A stretch of 62,024 nucleotides of DNA, counting the filler, from Limisphaerales bacterium (GTDB taxonomy: Bacteria; Verrucomicrobiota; Verrucomicrobiia; Limisphaerales; SIBE01): the NCBI GenBank assembly GCA_044225505.1. It is 3 parts of 3 records of this genome, joined end to end, with 100 filler letters (N's around TTAATTAATTAA, not from the genome) between each part and the next. Parts side by side here need not be neighbours in the genome. Positions count along the whole stretch, not along the records: positions 1 to 29,459 come from JBGAIN010000099.1; 2 more parts are not named here. One strand, given 5' to 3'. The position numbers and the translations under genes are program-made. Below, one piece after another: positions 1-9,181 of the stretch. Below the pieces are notes generated by a model. The model saw only the letters and a program-made list of their open reading frames with translations. It did not search any database and was not told where the DNA came from. Numbering within the stretch: position 1 is the first letter of the stretch; every line of letters begins with the position of its first letter.

Positions 1-6
1 AGCTGC

Positions 7-126
7 ATGGCAGAATCAGTGGAAACTTTAGTCGCGGAGGCGATGAAGTTGGCGCCGGGCTTTCATGGCGTCATCGGATTCTGTGGCTTTCCATATTTAT
101 TCCTGCATGGGCGATTCTGGGTTTGA
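7..126 (+). pseudogene. Truncated addiction-module antitoxin fragment (N-terminus only)
   Basis: ATG at 7 reads MAESVETLVAEAMKLAP. Nt 2-56 match 60875-60929 at 48/55 positions, the start of the antitoxin in the TA cassette. Similarity ends at about nt 56 and the frame stops at 124-126. Confidence 0.7.
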
Positions 127-428
127 TCAAGCCGCCGCCATCGCCCATGCCGCGGACATTGAAGGTGTAGTTTTTGGCGCTATTCGTTGTCTTTGGTCTG
201 TCGGTAGTCTTGCAGGGGATCTTGCTTCCATCCTCGGCCGAGCTTTACCTTGTGGCGACAATAGCGTGTTGGGGACTCTTGGTTCCGGCGCTTTACGGTG
301 AAGACTATTTTGACTACCGGCAATTCACGGCAGTGCAGAGTCAGAGTGCCGACCCGGCCGCTGCGGTGGAGGCCGGGAGGGGGCTTCAGTTTCAATCAGA
401 CACTCCGGATCCGCCGTCACTGAGCTAA
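66..428 (+). pseudogene. Decayed cassette-type membrane protein ORF with an in-frame stop
   Basis: One frame reads WRHRILWLSIFIPAWAILGLIKPPPSPMPRTLKV*FLALFVVFGLSVVLQG..., with TAG at 168-170 interrupting a hydrophobic protein. The ORF ends inside the attC-like site. Confidence 0.45.
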
Positions 429-437
429 TCGTATACA
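348..437 (+). mobile_element. Degenerate attC-like site
   Basis: GCCGACC-N5-GCTGCGGT...CCGCCGTC-ACTGAGC-N5-GTATACA has the same box layout as the attC sites at 59141-61500. Both the AAC and GTT triplets are imperfect. The next ATG follows at 441. Confidence 0.5.
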
Positions 438-440
438 GGC

Positions 441-737
441 ATGGCAAGGAACTCAAAATGGATCGTTCTGGTCGCTGGGCTGTCGGCAGTAATAGTGATC
501 ACTTGGTGGACTGGCCGTTACTCGACTCATCGCCGGACCGTTCGCTGGTCATGGGAGTCGCGCTTCAACGACTGTCACTTAGAAACTGGCTACACCTGTG
601 ACCAGAGCACACTCCGTGGCCTTGAATATAGTGGGCGGTTTTATAGATTGGGTCCGATGGTTCTCAAACTGTGTTGGGGCGAGAAATCGCACGTCGCAGT
701 CACCAATCAACCGGTAAAGAATACGAGGATTTTCTGA
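441..737 (+). CDS. Hypothetical protein with N-terminal TM helix (cassette-like)
   Basis: ATG lies 4 nt after the attC-like site. Hydrophobic N-terminus WIVLVAGLSAVIVITWW. Confidence 0.45.
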   Translation: MARNSKWIVLVAGLSAVIVITWWTGRYSTHRRTVRWSWESRFNDCHLETGYTCDQSTLRGLEYSGRFYRLGPMVLKLCWGEKSHVAVTNQPVKNTRIF

Positions 738-875
738 GGCGGCGTAAGTTCCGATCGACGGGGACGGGTTTGCCCCGGCCCGGGTTGGATCGGAACCAGG
801 CAGATCGGTCCGCGGGCATTCTCAGTAACACAACGCTTCTCGGTGATCGGTTTTATCAGTACACTCGCCGCATCT

Positions 876-2693
876 GTGAAGGACCAGTCAAAAAAACAGA
901 AGCCCAAAGAATCCGGGAAATTGCGGATTGGCGACGATTGGAATGCCATCCGGATCATTGCGCTGTCGCAGAGCAACCCGCTCAAGGCCGTTGCGGAGTT
1001 TGTGGAAAACAGCATCGATGCGGGCGCGAAACAGATCACCCTGATCCGTGGCAAGGAAAAGGGGATGCACTTCTTGCGCATCAAGGACGATGGCACGGGG
1101 ATCCGTCGCAACGAGTTGGGGGTGCCCGACTTCAATTATGTGGCGACGCACATTTGTGACTCCATCAAGCGGCGCTTGAAAGCGGAAGGTGCGACCGGTT
1201 TACAGGGCGAGTTTGGGATCGGTCTGCTGAGTTTTTGGACGGTGGGCGAGGAACTTGTCATGACCTCGGCTGGAGCTGACGGCAAAACCTATCAGATGCA
1301 CATGAAGAAAGGGGATCCGGGCTATCGAGTGACGCATCGTCGCATGCTCGTCCCCGAGACAGGAACGGAGTTGCTCATCCGAAATATTTTGCCGGGGATC
1401 AAGCAGTTTAGTGGAGAGAAGATTCAGTGGTATTTGGCGTCGGAACTCCGAGACAGGATTCGCCTTTCGGGTGCGGAGGTTCGCGTTATCGATCGCACGG
1501 CTCGCGCTGAATTTAAAGTTGAGCCGCGGAAATTCGATGGCCGACTTTTGCACCAGCTGAAGAGCGTCGCGGGTTCCGAACTTTACGTAGAACTGTATTT
1601 AGCGGCTCCGAATTCGGAAAATGCCGTGGCGTTGTCACGCAATGGCACGCGGGTGGTGGAGAACCTGGCTTTCGTGAGCGGCTTTAGTAAGCCGCCGTGG
1701 ACGAGCGGCTATTTGCAGGGAATTATTGATGCCTCGTACTTGAGCCTAACGCCCGGAACTCGCACCGGAATTATCCAGGACGGAGCGTTTGAGAAACTCG
1801 GCGCGGAGTTGGCCTCTCTCGAGGCCGAACTGATCGAGATCATCGAGGAACAACGACGTGCGGAGGAGGAGGAAACTAGCCGCGATGTCCTACGTTCCAT
1901 CCAAAAAGCGATCAAGGAAGCGCTCATGGCGTTGCCGGCAGAGGAATACGACTGGTTCGATCTTCACGAAGCGAGTCAGCGCAAAGGAAAGCCCAACTCG
2001 GACGCTCCGGCTGAGGGCGATCCCATGGAGGTCGCAATGCACGAGAGACCGCCCGAAGATGGGGCGCCTGTCGAGGAATCGGGCCAGAAGCAGTTCTTCG
2101 AGTTTGCCGGTCCGCTTTTCAGTGTCCGAATCTCACCTGCCTCCAGCGTGCTCGCCGTCGAGTCCCAGAAGAATTTACGTGCCGTTTGCCGCGACCGTGC
2201 CAAGCGCGTGGTGGAAGAGAATCTGACCTATCAATGGCGCGTGATCGATGGCGAAGGGGAGTTGGAGAACCCTACCTGTGAGATTGTCACCTTCAAAGCT
2301 CCTCAAGAACCGGGCTTGACCCGCTTGGCCGTGACCGTCACCCAACGGGAGGTCGTTTGCTCGGCTGAGGCCTTGGTCACTGTGACGCAGACCTTGGTGC
2401 CTGACATGTCCGACAAAGGCGCCACGAAGCAGGGCCTCCCCAGCTATACATTTCAGAAAGCGCCTGGAGAACTCTGGCGCGCCCGCTATCTCCCAGAGCA
2501 AAACGTGGTCGTGATCAACAACGGTCACCGCGATTTTGTCTTTGCGTCGCGCAACAAGGCGTTGAAACTACGCTACATCAGTCGCCTATTCGCCAAAGAG
2601 TTGGTCGTCAAGAACTTCAGTGGTGCTTCGGCGAGCGATTTGTTGGAGCGCTTGATCGAATTGTCGCTCTACACGGAGGAGAATCTGAAATGA
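876..2693 (+). CDS. GHKL (HATPase_c/MORC-MutL-like) ATP-binding protein with C-terminal Ig-like region
   Basis: N-box AEFVENSIDA, G1 DDGTG, G2 GEFGIG. An acidic coiled-coil middle and a beta-rich C-terminal region follow. The ORF track starts at 843, but GTG 876 is more likely. Confidence 0.85.
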   Translation: MKDQSKKQKPKESGKLRIGDDWNAIRIIALSQSNPLKAVAEFVENSIDAGAKQITLIRGKEKGMHFLRIKDDGTGIRRNELGVPDFNYVATHICDSIKRRLKAEGATGLQGEFGIGLLSFWTVGEELVMTSAGADGKTYQMHMKKGDPGYRVTHRRMLVPETGTELLIRNILPGIKQFSGEKIQWYLASELRDRIRLSGAEVRVIDRTARAEFKVEPRKFDGRLLHQLKSVAGSELYVELYLAAPNSENAVALSRNGTRVVENLAFVSGFSKPPWTSGYLQGIIDASYLSLTPGTRTGIIQDGAFEKLGAELASLEAELIEIIEEQRRAEEEETSRDVLRSIQKAIKEALMALPAEEYDWFDLHEASQRKGKPNSDAPAEGDPMEVAMHERPPEDGAPVEESGQKQFFEFAGPLFSVRISPASSVLAVESQKNLRAVCRDRAKRVVEENLTYQWRVIDGEGELENPTCEIVTFKAPQEPGLTRLAVTVTQREVVCSAEALVTVTQTLVPDMSDKGATKQGLPSYTFQKAPGELWRARYLPEQNVVVINNGHRDFVFASRNKALKLRYISRLFAKELVVKNFSGASASDLLERLIELSLYTEENLK

Positions 2694-2889
2694 CCGCGAA
2701 GCAACAGAACAACCTGAACGCCTCACTTTCTGCGAAGCGCGCCTGTGTGTGCCACACCCAGAGTGCAACCGTCGGCATTCATGGATGGATTAGTAAGGGC
2801 TTGCGGTCAAGGGGTTTGACCCGATGATGACAAATTGTCAACGGCTCCCTGGAGTTTGAGGCGGGACCGTTCCCGGGCGCGGTCTAAGC

Positions 2890-2964
2890 GGCCCAGGGTT
2901 GCTCGAGACGGTTTACGAGGTGGTGTTGGCCCGGGAATTGGAAACAGCCACCGCATCCAGGTGA
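2890..2964 (+). pseudogene. GxxExxY-family gene remnant
   Basis: Reads GPGLLETVYEVVLARELE, the GxxExxY signature. It is bounded by in-frame stops at 2857-2859 and 2962-2964 and has no intact gene. Confidence 0.65.
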
Positions 2965-3043
2965 GTTCGTGAAATCGGCGTCCGCCCTTCATCACTGCGT
3001 TATAATGTCCCGCGTTGCAGTTGGGGATCGGGTGGATCAGCGA

Positions 3044-6000
3044 TCAAGAATGTGCGGCTGGCGCTGGCCTGTTTGAAGACGACTCGGAGGCAGTATGGAC
3101 CAGGGGCAGAGGTTCAATCGATTCAAACGAGCCGTCATCCTCGAGCCAAACCGAGTAGACACGGGGCGTGTTGACATACTGGCGCCCTGCGGGTGACGTC
3201 CAGAATTCCAGTTCACGCCAGGGGCGTTCTGCTTCCGACCCGCGCGGCAGCGGCGAGCGGCTGGGTTCGAGATAAATTTGCGCAGTGACGAGTTCTTTTC
3301 GCCAGGAAATCGCGCCCGCAGCAGATGGGAGGAGTTGTCCACGGACCCGTGTGCCGGCGGGCTCAGCAATCACAACTTGCGTGTTTGCGTTTGGTTTGAC
3401 GATCAGGGGAGTTTGATGGTGGAAAGGAATGCCCTGGCCCGAATTGATAAACACGCTGAACTCTCCCGGCGGGACGTTCGAAAAGCAGAAGCGGCCTTCG
3501 CTGTTCAGTGCGGCAGTGTACGAACCGAGCAATTTTACCGCGCCCTCGTACTGGTCTGCAGTCGGATCATACAAATAGAGTGTCTCGACCGGATGCCGCA
3601 TCGCGCCTGTGTCTACTACGCCTTCGATCCGCCCATACGGCTGCAGCTGAAGCGAGACGGCTTGACCCGTCCGGGAGATTCGCACCTGGGCGTAACCGTT
3701 GGAGCTCACTGCCGCGACACTGTGAGCCATCGAGTTCGCAGGGAACTGAAAAACCCCGTTGTCGTCGGTTTGGGTGAGCCAACGCTGGTTGCCTTCCAAG
3801 CGCAGCCCGGAAGTCAAACGCACACTGTGTTCAAACGAGAGCAGAGCAACCTGCGCTCTGCCCGCCGGTGCTCCGTCCGGTTTCATGACGACTCCGCGAA
3901 CGGCGTTGTTCGGCAAGGCCCGTTTGAGCGTGACCTCAAGAGCGACGGGAGATTCCGGTCCGAGCGGATCTGAGATCCAGTCTTCAAATCCATCGGCGAT
4001 GATTCGCACCTGAAACGGTTCAGATCCCTCGTCGAAAGCCAGGTTGAAATGTCCATGGGTGCCTAGGACTGTCGAACTGGCGAACCATCGTTCAGACCGG
4101 TTGCCGTAACCACCATATCCTGGAACCGCCTTGAACTGCTGGACCTCAAGGCCGGAGTTGGCATCGACCACGTGCCCTTCCACCTCTAAAACGTGGTTCA
4201 TTCGAATCAGATGCTCTTGGCCGTTGGCCACCACTCGGACCCCACGGGAGTAGGCAAATCCAGCTTTGAAGGCGACGAGTTCCAGTTGCGCATCTCTCGG
4301 GGCGGAGTGCCATTCGAGATGTCCTTCAGCGTCGGCGTTGGTGCGCCAGTCCAGGGCTTGACGATGCTCGCCCCATTGCTCAAGCACGATCGTGGCATGA
4401 GGAACGGCACGGTCTGCTTCATCGACGAGTCTTAGTCTTAGGAGTGCTCCCGCCTGGAGGATAACGCGCACGGGTTCCATGCCAGGCGCAACCTCGGTCG
4501 TTGTTCGTTCCGGAGCGAACCCTTCAGCGGTCACGGTGAAAGACCGTGGACCCGCGGCTAACTTCGGAATGCGGAAGTTGCCGGAAGCGTCCGTGAAGAA
4601 GGCCTCCTCTTGGGCACGTTCTTGAATCTTAGCACCGACAATGGGCTGGCCAGAGCTGTCCTGGACCGTGCCGGTGAGTGTAAACGCCGGGTTCATCCGC
4701 GAGACGAAAGTGCCTTGCCAGAGGGCCTGCACTTCGGGGGAACTGGTTTGGTCGACCGCATCCTGTGCGGCACACGCAGTCATGAGCGTATCGGCAAAGT
4801 CCGGGTGACGGGCACGCAGGGTAAATCCTGGGTGGCGCGTCGGGACGAAGTTTATAGACCACCGGCCTTCAGCATCCGTCCGGGTCGCGGCAAAGGCGTT
4901 CAAAAATCCAAAACGCTCACGAGGGCGCTCCCGATGGGCAGAATCGCCTGTGCCGCCGGCTTGAAACCAGATGACAGCATCGGCCAGTGGTTGGTCTTGT
5001 TCTCCAAGGATCTGGCCGCCGATCGAGTTCGTGACGCGCTCGAGACGCAAGGTGTATTCAGCTGGAATCTCCGCGCTCCCTTGGAAAGGCCAAGTCGCGA
5101 ATCGTGCTTCATACCCGTCCTGGACAACACCAACGTCTAACCGTCCGGTTCCGGGCGGGTAGGCGATCACGCAGCTGCCGGACACGTCTGTCACGCGGTC
5201 GACGTGGTCTTCGACGGTGTTGTTAACCCATATTGCATGGGCGATTCTGGCGCCTGCGACCCCGGCCCCGCTTGGCCCATCTACTGCCCGGAAACGAAGG
5301 ACGTTTCCTCCAGGGCGAGCCATGGGGCTGGCCGTCGGCCGGATTTGCTGCGGCGGCGGGACGAACATGATTTGTGTGGGCGATGGCGACTCGGAATTAG
5401 CAGCTGGTTCCGGCGGGCCAGGCTGCAGACTCCAGAATGAGACTATGCCAAGAAAAGCTATCGTCCCGGTCAGCAGTGCAGCTGTTTTGAACCTGGCCCA
5501 GCGCCACGACGCCGCGGTTTCCTGGACAAGTCGAATCGCGGTCCCATGCCCAACGGCAGAACTGAGCGCGGCAGCAGCGAGACGTTCCACTTGTTCGGTT
5601 CCTAGCGCGGCTTTGGCCTGCTGCTGCATGCAGCAACCAAGGCCTGCCGCCGAGAGACTGAAGCCGTGCTCCAGCAAGACCGCGCGCACCTTTTCTAGAG
5701 CTCGGGCGACTCGCTTCTTGGCCGCCTCTTCGCTAGCACCGATTTGGGCGCCCACCTCGCGCATGCTGTAACCCTCAAAAAATCGCAACAGCAGGGCGTC
5801 GCGGTCCGCGTGGTTCAATCGTTCGAGAGCTTCATCGACGAGTGGTCCGACTTGATCCCATCCGACCTCAGGAGTGAATTCTTCCTTCATAGCAACGGCC
5901 ACCTCTTCTCGACGACGACGGCGCTCTTCCCCACGGTAGGCACGTTGGGCGACAAAGCGCGTGGTCTGAAAGAGCCAGCCCGCAAGTACAATCTGCCCTT

Positions 6001-6190
6001 GGCGCAAGGTGTCGGCTTTACGAGCGAGTAGCGTAAAAACCGCCTGGGCGATATCCTCGGCGAGTTGTGAGTCCCCAACATGGCGAAGCGCGACAGAATG
6101 GACTAACCCAGCGTGACGCCTCACCAGCGTCTCGAACGCTTTTTGATCACCCCGAGCAGCAAAATCATGAAGTAGTTGCCAGTCGTCCAT
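3044..6190 (-). CDS. ECF sigma-70 factor fused to a TM helix and repeated carboxypeptidase-regulatory-like beta-sandwich domains
   Basis: Sigma2 (AEDIAQAVF..LAGWLF) and sigma4 (LLLRFFEGYSMREVG..SEEAAKKRVARAL), then TM ALLTGTIAFLGIVSFWSL. Repeats such as GTVQDSSGQPIVGA, TDASGNF and VPPGEF follow. A probable frameshift near 3105 would put the true end near 3000. Confidence 0.9.
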   Translation of the reverse strand: MDDWQLLHDFAARGDQKAFETLVRRHAGLVHSVALRHVGDSQLAEDIAQAVFTLLARKADTLRQGQIVLAGWLFQTTRFVAQRAYRGEERRRRREEVAVAMKEEFTPEVGWDQVGPLVDEALERLNHADRDALLLRFFEGYSMREVGAQIGASEEAAKKRVARALEKVRAVLLEHGFSLSAAGLGCCMQQQAKAALGTEQVERLAAAALSSAVGHGTAIRLVQETAASWRWARFKTAALLTGTIAFLGIVSFWSLQPGPPEPAANSESPSPTQIMFVPPPQQIRPTASPMARPGGNVLRFRAVDGPSGAGVAGARIAHAIWVNNTVEDHVDRVTDVSGSCVIAYPPGTGRLDVGVVQDGYEARFATWPFQGSAEIPAEYTLRLERVTNSIGGQILGEQDQPLADAVIWFQAGGTGDSAHRERPRERFGFLNAFAATRTDAEGRWSINFVPTRHPGFTLRARHPDFADTLMTACAAQDAVDQTSSPEVQALWQGTFVSRMNPAFTLTGTVQDSSGQPIVGAKIQERAQEEAFFTDASGNFRIPKLAAGPRSFTVTAEGFAPERTTTEVAPGMEPVRVILQAGALLRLRLVDEADRAVPHATIVLEQWGEHRQALDWRTNADAEGHLEWHSAPRDAQLELVAFKAGFAYSRGVRVVANGQEHLIRMNHVLEVEGHVVDANSGLEVQQFKAVPGYGGYGNRSERWFASSTVLGTHGHFNLAFDEGSEPFQVRIIADGFEDWISDPLGPESPVALEVTLKRALPNNAVRGVVMKPDGAPAGRAQVALLSFEHSVRLTSGLRLEGNQRWLTQTDDNGVFQFPANSMAHSVAAVSSNGYAQVRISRTGQAVSLQLQPYGRIEGVVDTGAMRHPVETLYLYDPTADQYEGAVKLLGSYTAALNSEGRFCFSNVPPGEFSVFINSGQGIPFHHQTPLIVKPNANTQVVIAEPAGTRVRGQLLPSAAGAISWRKELVTAQIYLEPSRSPLPRGSEAERPWRELEFWTSPAGRQYVNTPRVYSVWLEDDGSFESIEPLPLVHTASESSSNRPAPAAHS

Positions 6191-6419
6191 ACATTGATCT
6201 CTTCATAGTACTATCCCCGCCGGGCGGTGAGAAGGGACTCGTGTTACGCACGGCTGCGGCCGTGGGAATCGAGTTGCCGGTGCATGGGCTCATTCGAGCC
6301 GTCGATGATTCGCTGGCCTGATGGATTACGCGCTTCGAGCGCGAAGGCCGGGACCGGTTACCGGTTGAAGCTTTGCCCAACTCAGCAGAGGGAGTCGCGA
6401 AACCAAGGACGATTCTTCC

Positions 6420-6638
6420 ATGGAGAACGTCGCCACTGGGATTGACCCGTTTTGCACGTTCCCGGCCCTTGAACGGGCCAAGCTTTTCGAACCGACGATG
6501 TTCAGCTTCTTGGTCGACAACGAGGACATGCAGCTCAAGAATTTATCGCTGATCATCCGCAACGTGAAGGTCGTGATCGCTCCTGGCTACGATTTCCTGA
6601 ACACGACGATTGCGCTCGAGGTGCGAAGAATCAAATAG
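6420..6638 (+). CDS. Small hypothetical protein
   Basis: 72-aa ORF with AAGGA upstream, in an otherwise non-coding gap. No recognised motif. Confidence 0.35.
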   Translation: MENVATGIDPFCTFPALERAKLFEPTMFSFLVDNEDMQLKNLSLIIRNVKVVIAPGYDFLNTTIALEVRRIK

Positions 6639-6904
6639 AGGTCCCGATCCGACGCAAGAAACTGAAAGGGCGGAGTTTTCTCTCGAGTGCAGTGAAACAA
6701 GAACACGCTGCGGTGCTATCCGACCCCGTACCCACGGGGTGAGTCTATCATCGATGGGGAGGGTTTTGAGGAAAGCTTAAGTTCACGTTAACGGGTATGC
6801 GATCTTGAACTCTCCGGTCGCCCAAGGGGCAGGAGGCTGCTCAAGACTTTCGAAAGAACGTCCGAATTGACAGTCGGCCCCCCGTCGGGCAGCCTTTCTT
6901 TGTT

Positions 6905-6979
<75 letters not shown>

Positions 6980-7289
6980 TTTTTGAACGCGGGCAGCGCC
7001 TGAGATCGGGGCGCGATTGGCGACGCTGTTTGAGACGCGTTGCGGAGACGCCGACTGTTCATCTCTTCGATTCTCTGCGGGGTTCTTCGCTTAAGACGCG
7101 GTGTTTCGACCACGGTTGTTCGTTTCCGGAGGTGGGGGGTTCCGCCGCAGGCTCAGCGAACGGTCGAAGTATCTCTGGCGTTTTGACGAGCGCCGCCATG
7201 GACAACGCAGAAGAGCTGGGACATAAACAGTTCGAAGGACTTGCACGGTTCACTGAGCCAGGTAAGCTCCGAGCGCAGCCGGAATTGCC

Positions 7290-8648
7290 ATGCCGAAATC
7301 AAACCACCTTACCTCTCCGGTCGATACGGACCGGATGCCGTCAGGAATTCCTTATATCATCGGGAGCGAAGCGGCGGAACGGTTCAGTTATTATGGGATG
7401 AAGTCGCTCTTGGTGGTCTTCATGACGCAGTATTTGCTAACTTCGTCTGGGACCAAGGATTTCATGACGAACGAACAGGCAGACGCGTGGTATCACACCT
7501 TCGTCTCCGCGGTTTATTTCTTGCCTTTGCTCGGGGCTTTTTTGAGCGACGCGTTGATTGGCAAGTTCTGGACGATCATGTCGCTCTCAATCGTCTATTG
7601 CCTCGGACATTTGGCATTGGCAATCGATCATACGCGCTTCGGCCTCGGCGTCGGCTTGGCACTGGTCGCACTGGGAGCAGGAGGAATCAAACCGTGCGTG
7701 TCGGCGACGGTTGGAGACCAGTTTTGTAAATCCAACGAGCACCTGTTAACGCGGGTTTTTAGTTGGTTCTACTTCTCAATCAATTTTGGCTCTGCGTTCT
7801 CGACGGTCTTGATCCCCTGGTTGCTCTCGCGACATGGCCCGAGTATTGCCTTTGGGGTTCCGGGAATATTGATGCTGCTGGCGACGGTTGTTTTTTGGTT
7901 GGGGCGGGCGCGGTTCGTGCACGTTCCGCCAGCTGGGCTGGCGAACTTTGCCAAAGAGATCTTCCAGTGGAGTACGTTGAGGACGCTAGGGCACTTGCTG
8001 ATTCCAGTCCCGTTCGCCGCGATGTTTTGGGCTTTGTGGGAACAGAACTCCTCCTCCTGGGTGTTGCAAGCGCAGCAAATGGATCTGCGAGTTTTTGGAT
8101 ACGAAGTTCTGCCAGCGCAGATTCAGACGATGAATCCGTTGTTTATTCTGGCCATGCTGCCGCTGTTCTCGTATGTCCTCTATCCGGCCGCAGAGCGCGT
8201 CGTTCACCTCACTCCATTGCGCAAGATAGGCGCTGGCCTTTTTGCGGCGGTAGGCGCCTTCCTCATGGTCGCTTGGATTCAGACACGCATCGATGCCGGG
8301 ATGAAACCCCATATCGGGTGGCAAGTGTTAGCGTTTGTCGTGATTACCGCCGCCGAAATCATGGTTTCCGTGACTCACCTGGAATTCGCTTACACGCAGG
8401 CACCCAAAAAGCTGAAATCGTTGGTGATGTGCACGTACCTGGGCGCGATTTCCCTTGGGAACGTTTTCACGGCTGCCGTTAATTTTTTGATCCAGAATCC
8501 GGACGGGAGCACGAAACTGGCCGGCGCTGCTTACTTCTACTTCTTCGCCAAAGTCATGCTTGGGACCGCCGTCGTTTTCGTGATTGTTTCCCCATTTTAC
8601 CGGGGAAAGACGTATACCCAAGATGAAGGCGGGAGAGTTCCAGCCTGA
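7290..8648 (+). CDS. POT/PTR2 family proton-dependent oligopeptide transporter
   Basis: EAAERFSYYGM (ExxERFxYY), GGIKPCVS and FYFSINFGS motifs, with many TM helices. Confidence 0.95.
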   Translation: MPKSNHLTSPVDTDRMPSGIPYIIGSEAAERFSYYGMKSLLVVFMTQYLLTSSGTKDFMTNEQADAWYHTFVSAVYFLPLLGAFLSDALIGKFWTIMSLSIVYCLGHLALAIDHTRFGLGVGLALVALGAGGIKPCVSATVGDQFCKSNEHLLTRVFSWFYFSINFGSAFSTVLIPWLLSRHGPSIAFGVPGILMLLATVVFWLGRARFVHVPPAGLANFAKEIFQWSTLRTLGHLLIPVPFAAMFWALWEQNSSSWVLQAQQMDLRVFGYEVLPAQIQTMNPLFILAMLPLFSYVLYPAAERVVHLTPLRKIGAGLFAAVGAFLMVAWIQTRIDAGMKPHIGWQVLAFVVITAAEIMVSVTHLEFAYTQAPKKLKSLVMCTYLGAISLGNVFTAAVNFLIQNPDGSTKLAGAAYFYFFAKVMLGTAVVFVIVSPFYRGKTYTQDEGGRVPA

Positions 8649-8795
8649 TGAGGGATCGCAGCTCTCGACCTAGGTGCGGTCAATAGTTCCCGCCCATTGT
8701 ATTGGCGTCCGGTTGTGCGCACCTTACCGCGGTGGATCGGCAGTGCGAACAGATTGTTGGCGCTTCGAATTCACCACCACAAACAAGGAGGCGGA

Positions 8796-9068
8796 ATGAA
8801 GAATTGGCTTATGGCTGTTGCATCTGTGGTGATTTTAACTGGGTGCGACACGTATCGAGGCGGGACGGGAGACACAACCTTTGGAACTTCGCGGACGACA
8901 TCTAGCCCAGGCGTGTCCACGACGGGCTCTGGTGGTTTGAACTCTGATCGGTCGACTGGAAGTCGAATGTCTGGAACGGGTGGTAGCTTGGGAACGGGAG
9001 AAGCGGGAGTGGATGCCGGACCGGCGCCAGCCATGCGAAATGGGGTTAACCGCTCTGGACAGCGTTGA
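8796..9068 (+). CDS. Small Gly/Ser/Thr-rich lipoprotein
   Basis: AAGGAGG RBS before ATG 8796 and lipobox ILTGC. Confidence 0.7.
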   Translation: MKNWLMAVASVVILTGCDTYRGGTGDTTFGTSRTTSSPGVSTTGSGGLNSDRSTGSRMSGTGGSLGTGEAGVDAGPAPAMRNGVNRSGQR

Positions 9069-9181
9069 ATCGCGCCCAGTGGAGTTCTGCTTCGGCGTTA
9101 AGGGCGGGTGGGAGCTAAAAGAAAAAGCTGCTCATCGAGTCCGATTCCGGCTATGTTCTGCCTTACCAGTCCGTAATCCAG

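Noticed and set aside
6980..7289. Possible island integrated at tRNA-Val
   Set aside because: No integrase nearby and no duplicated tRNA 3' end found in the window.
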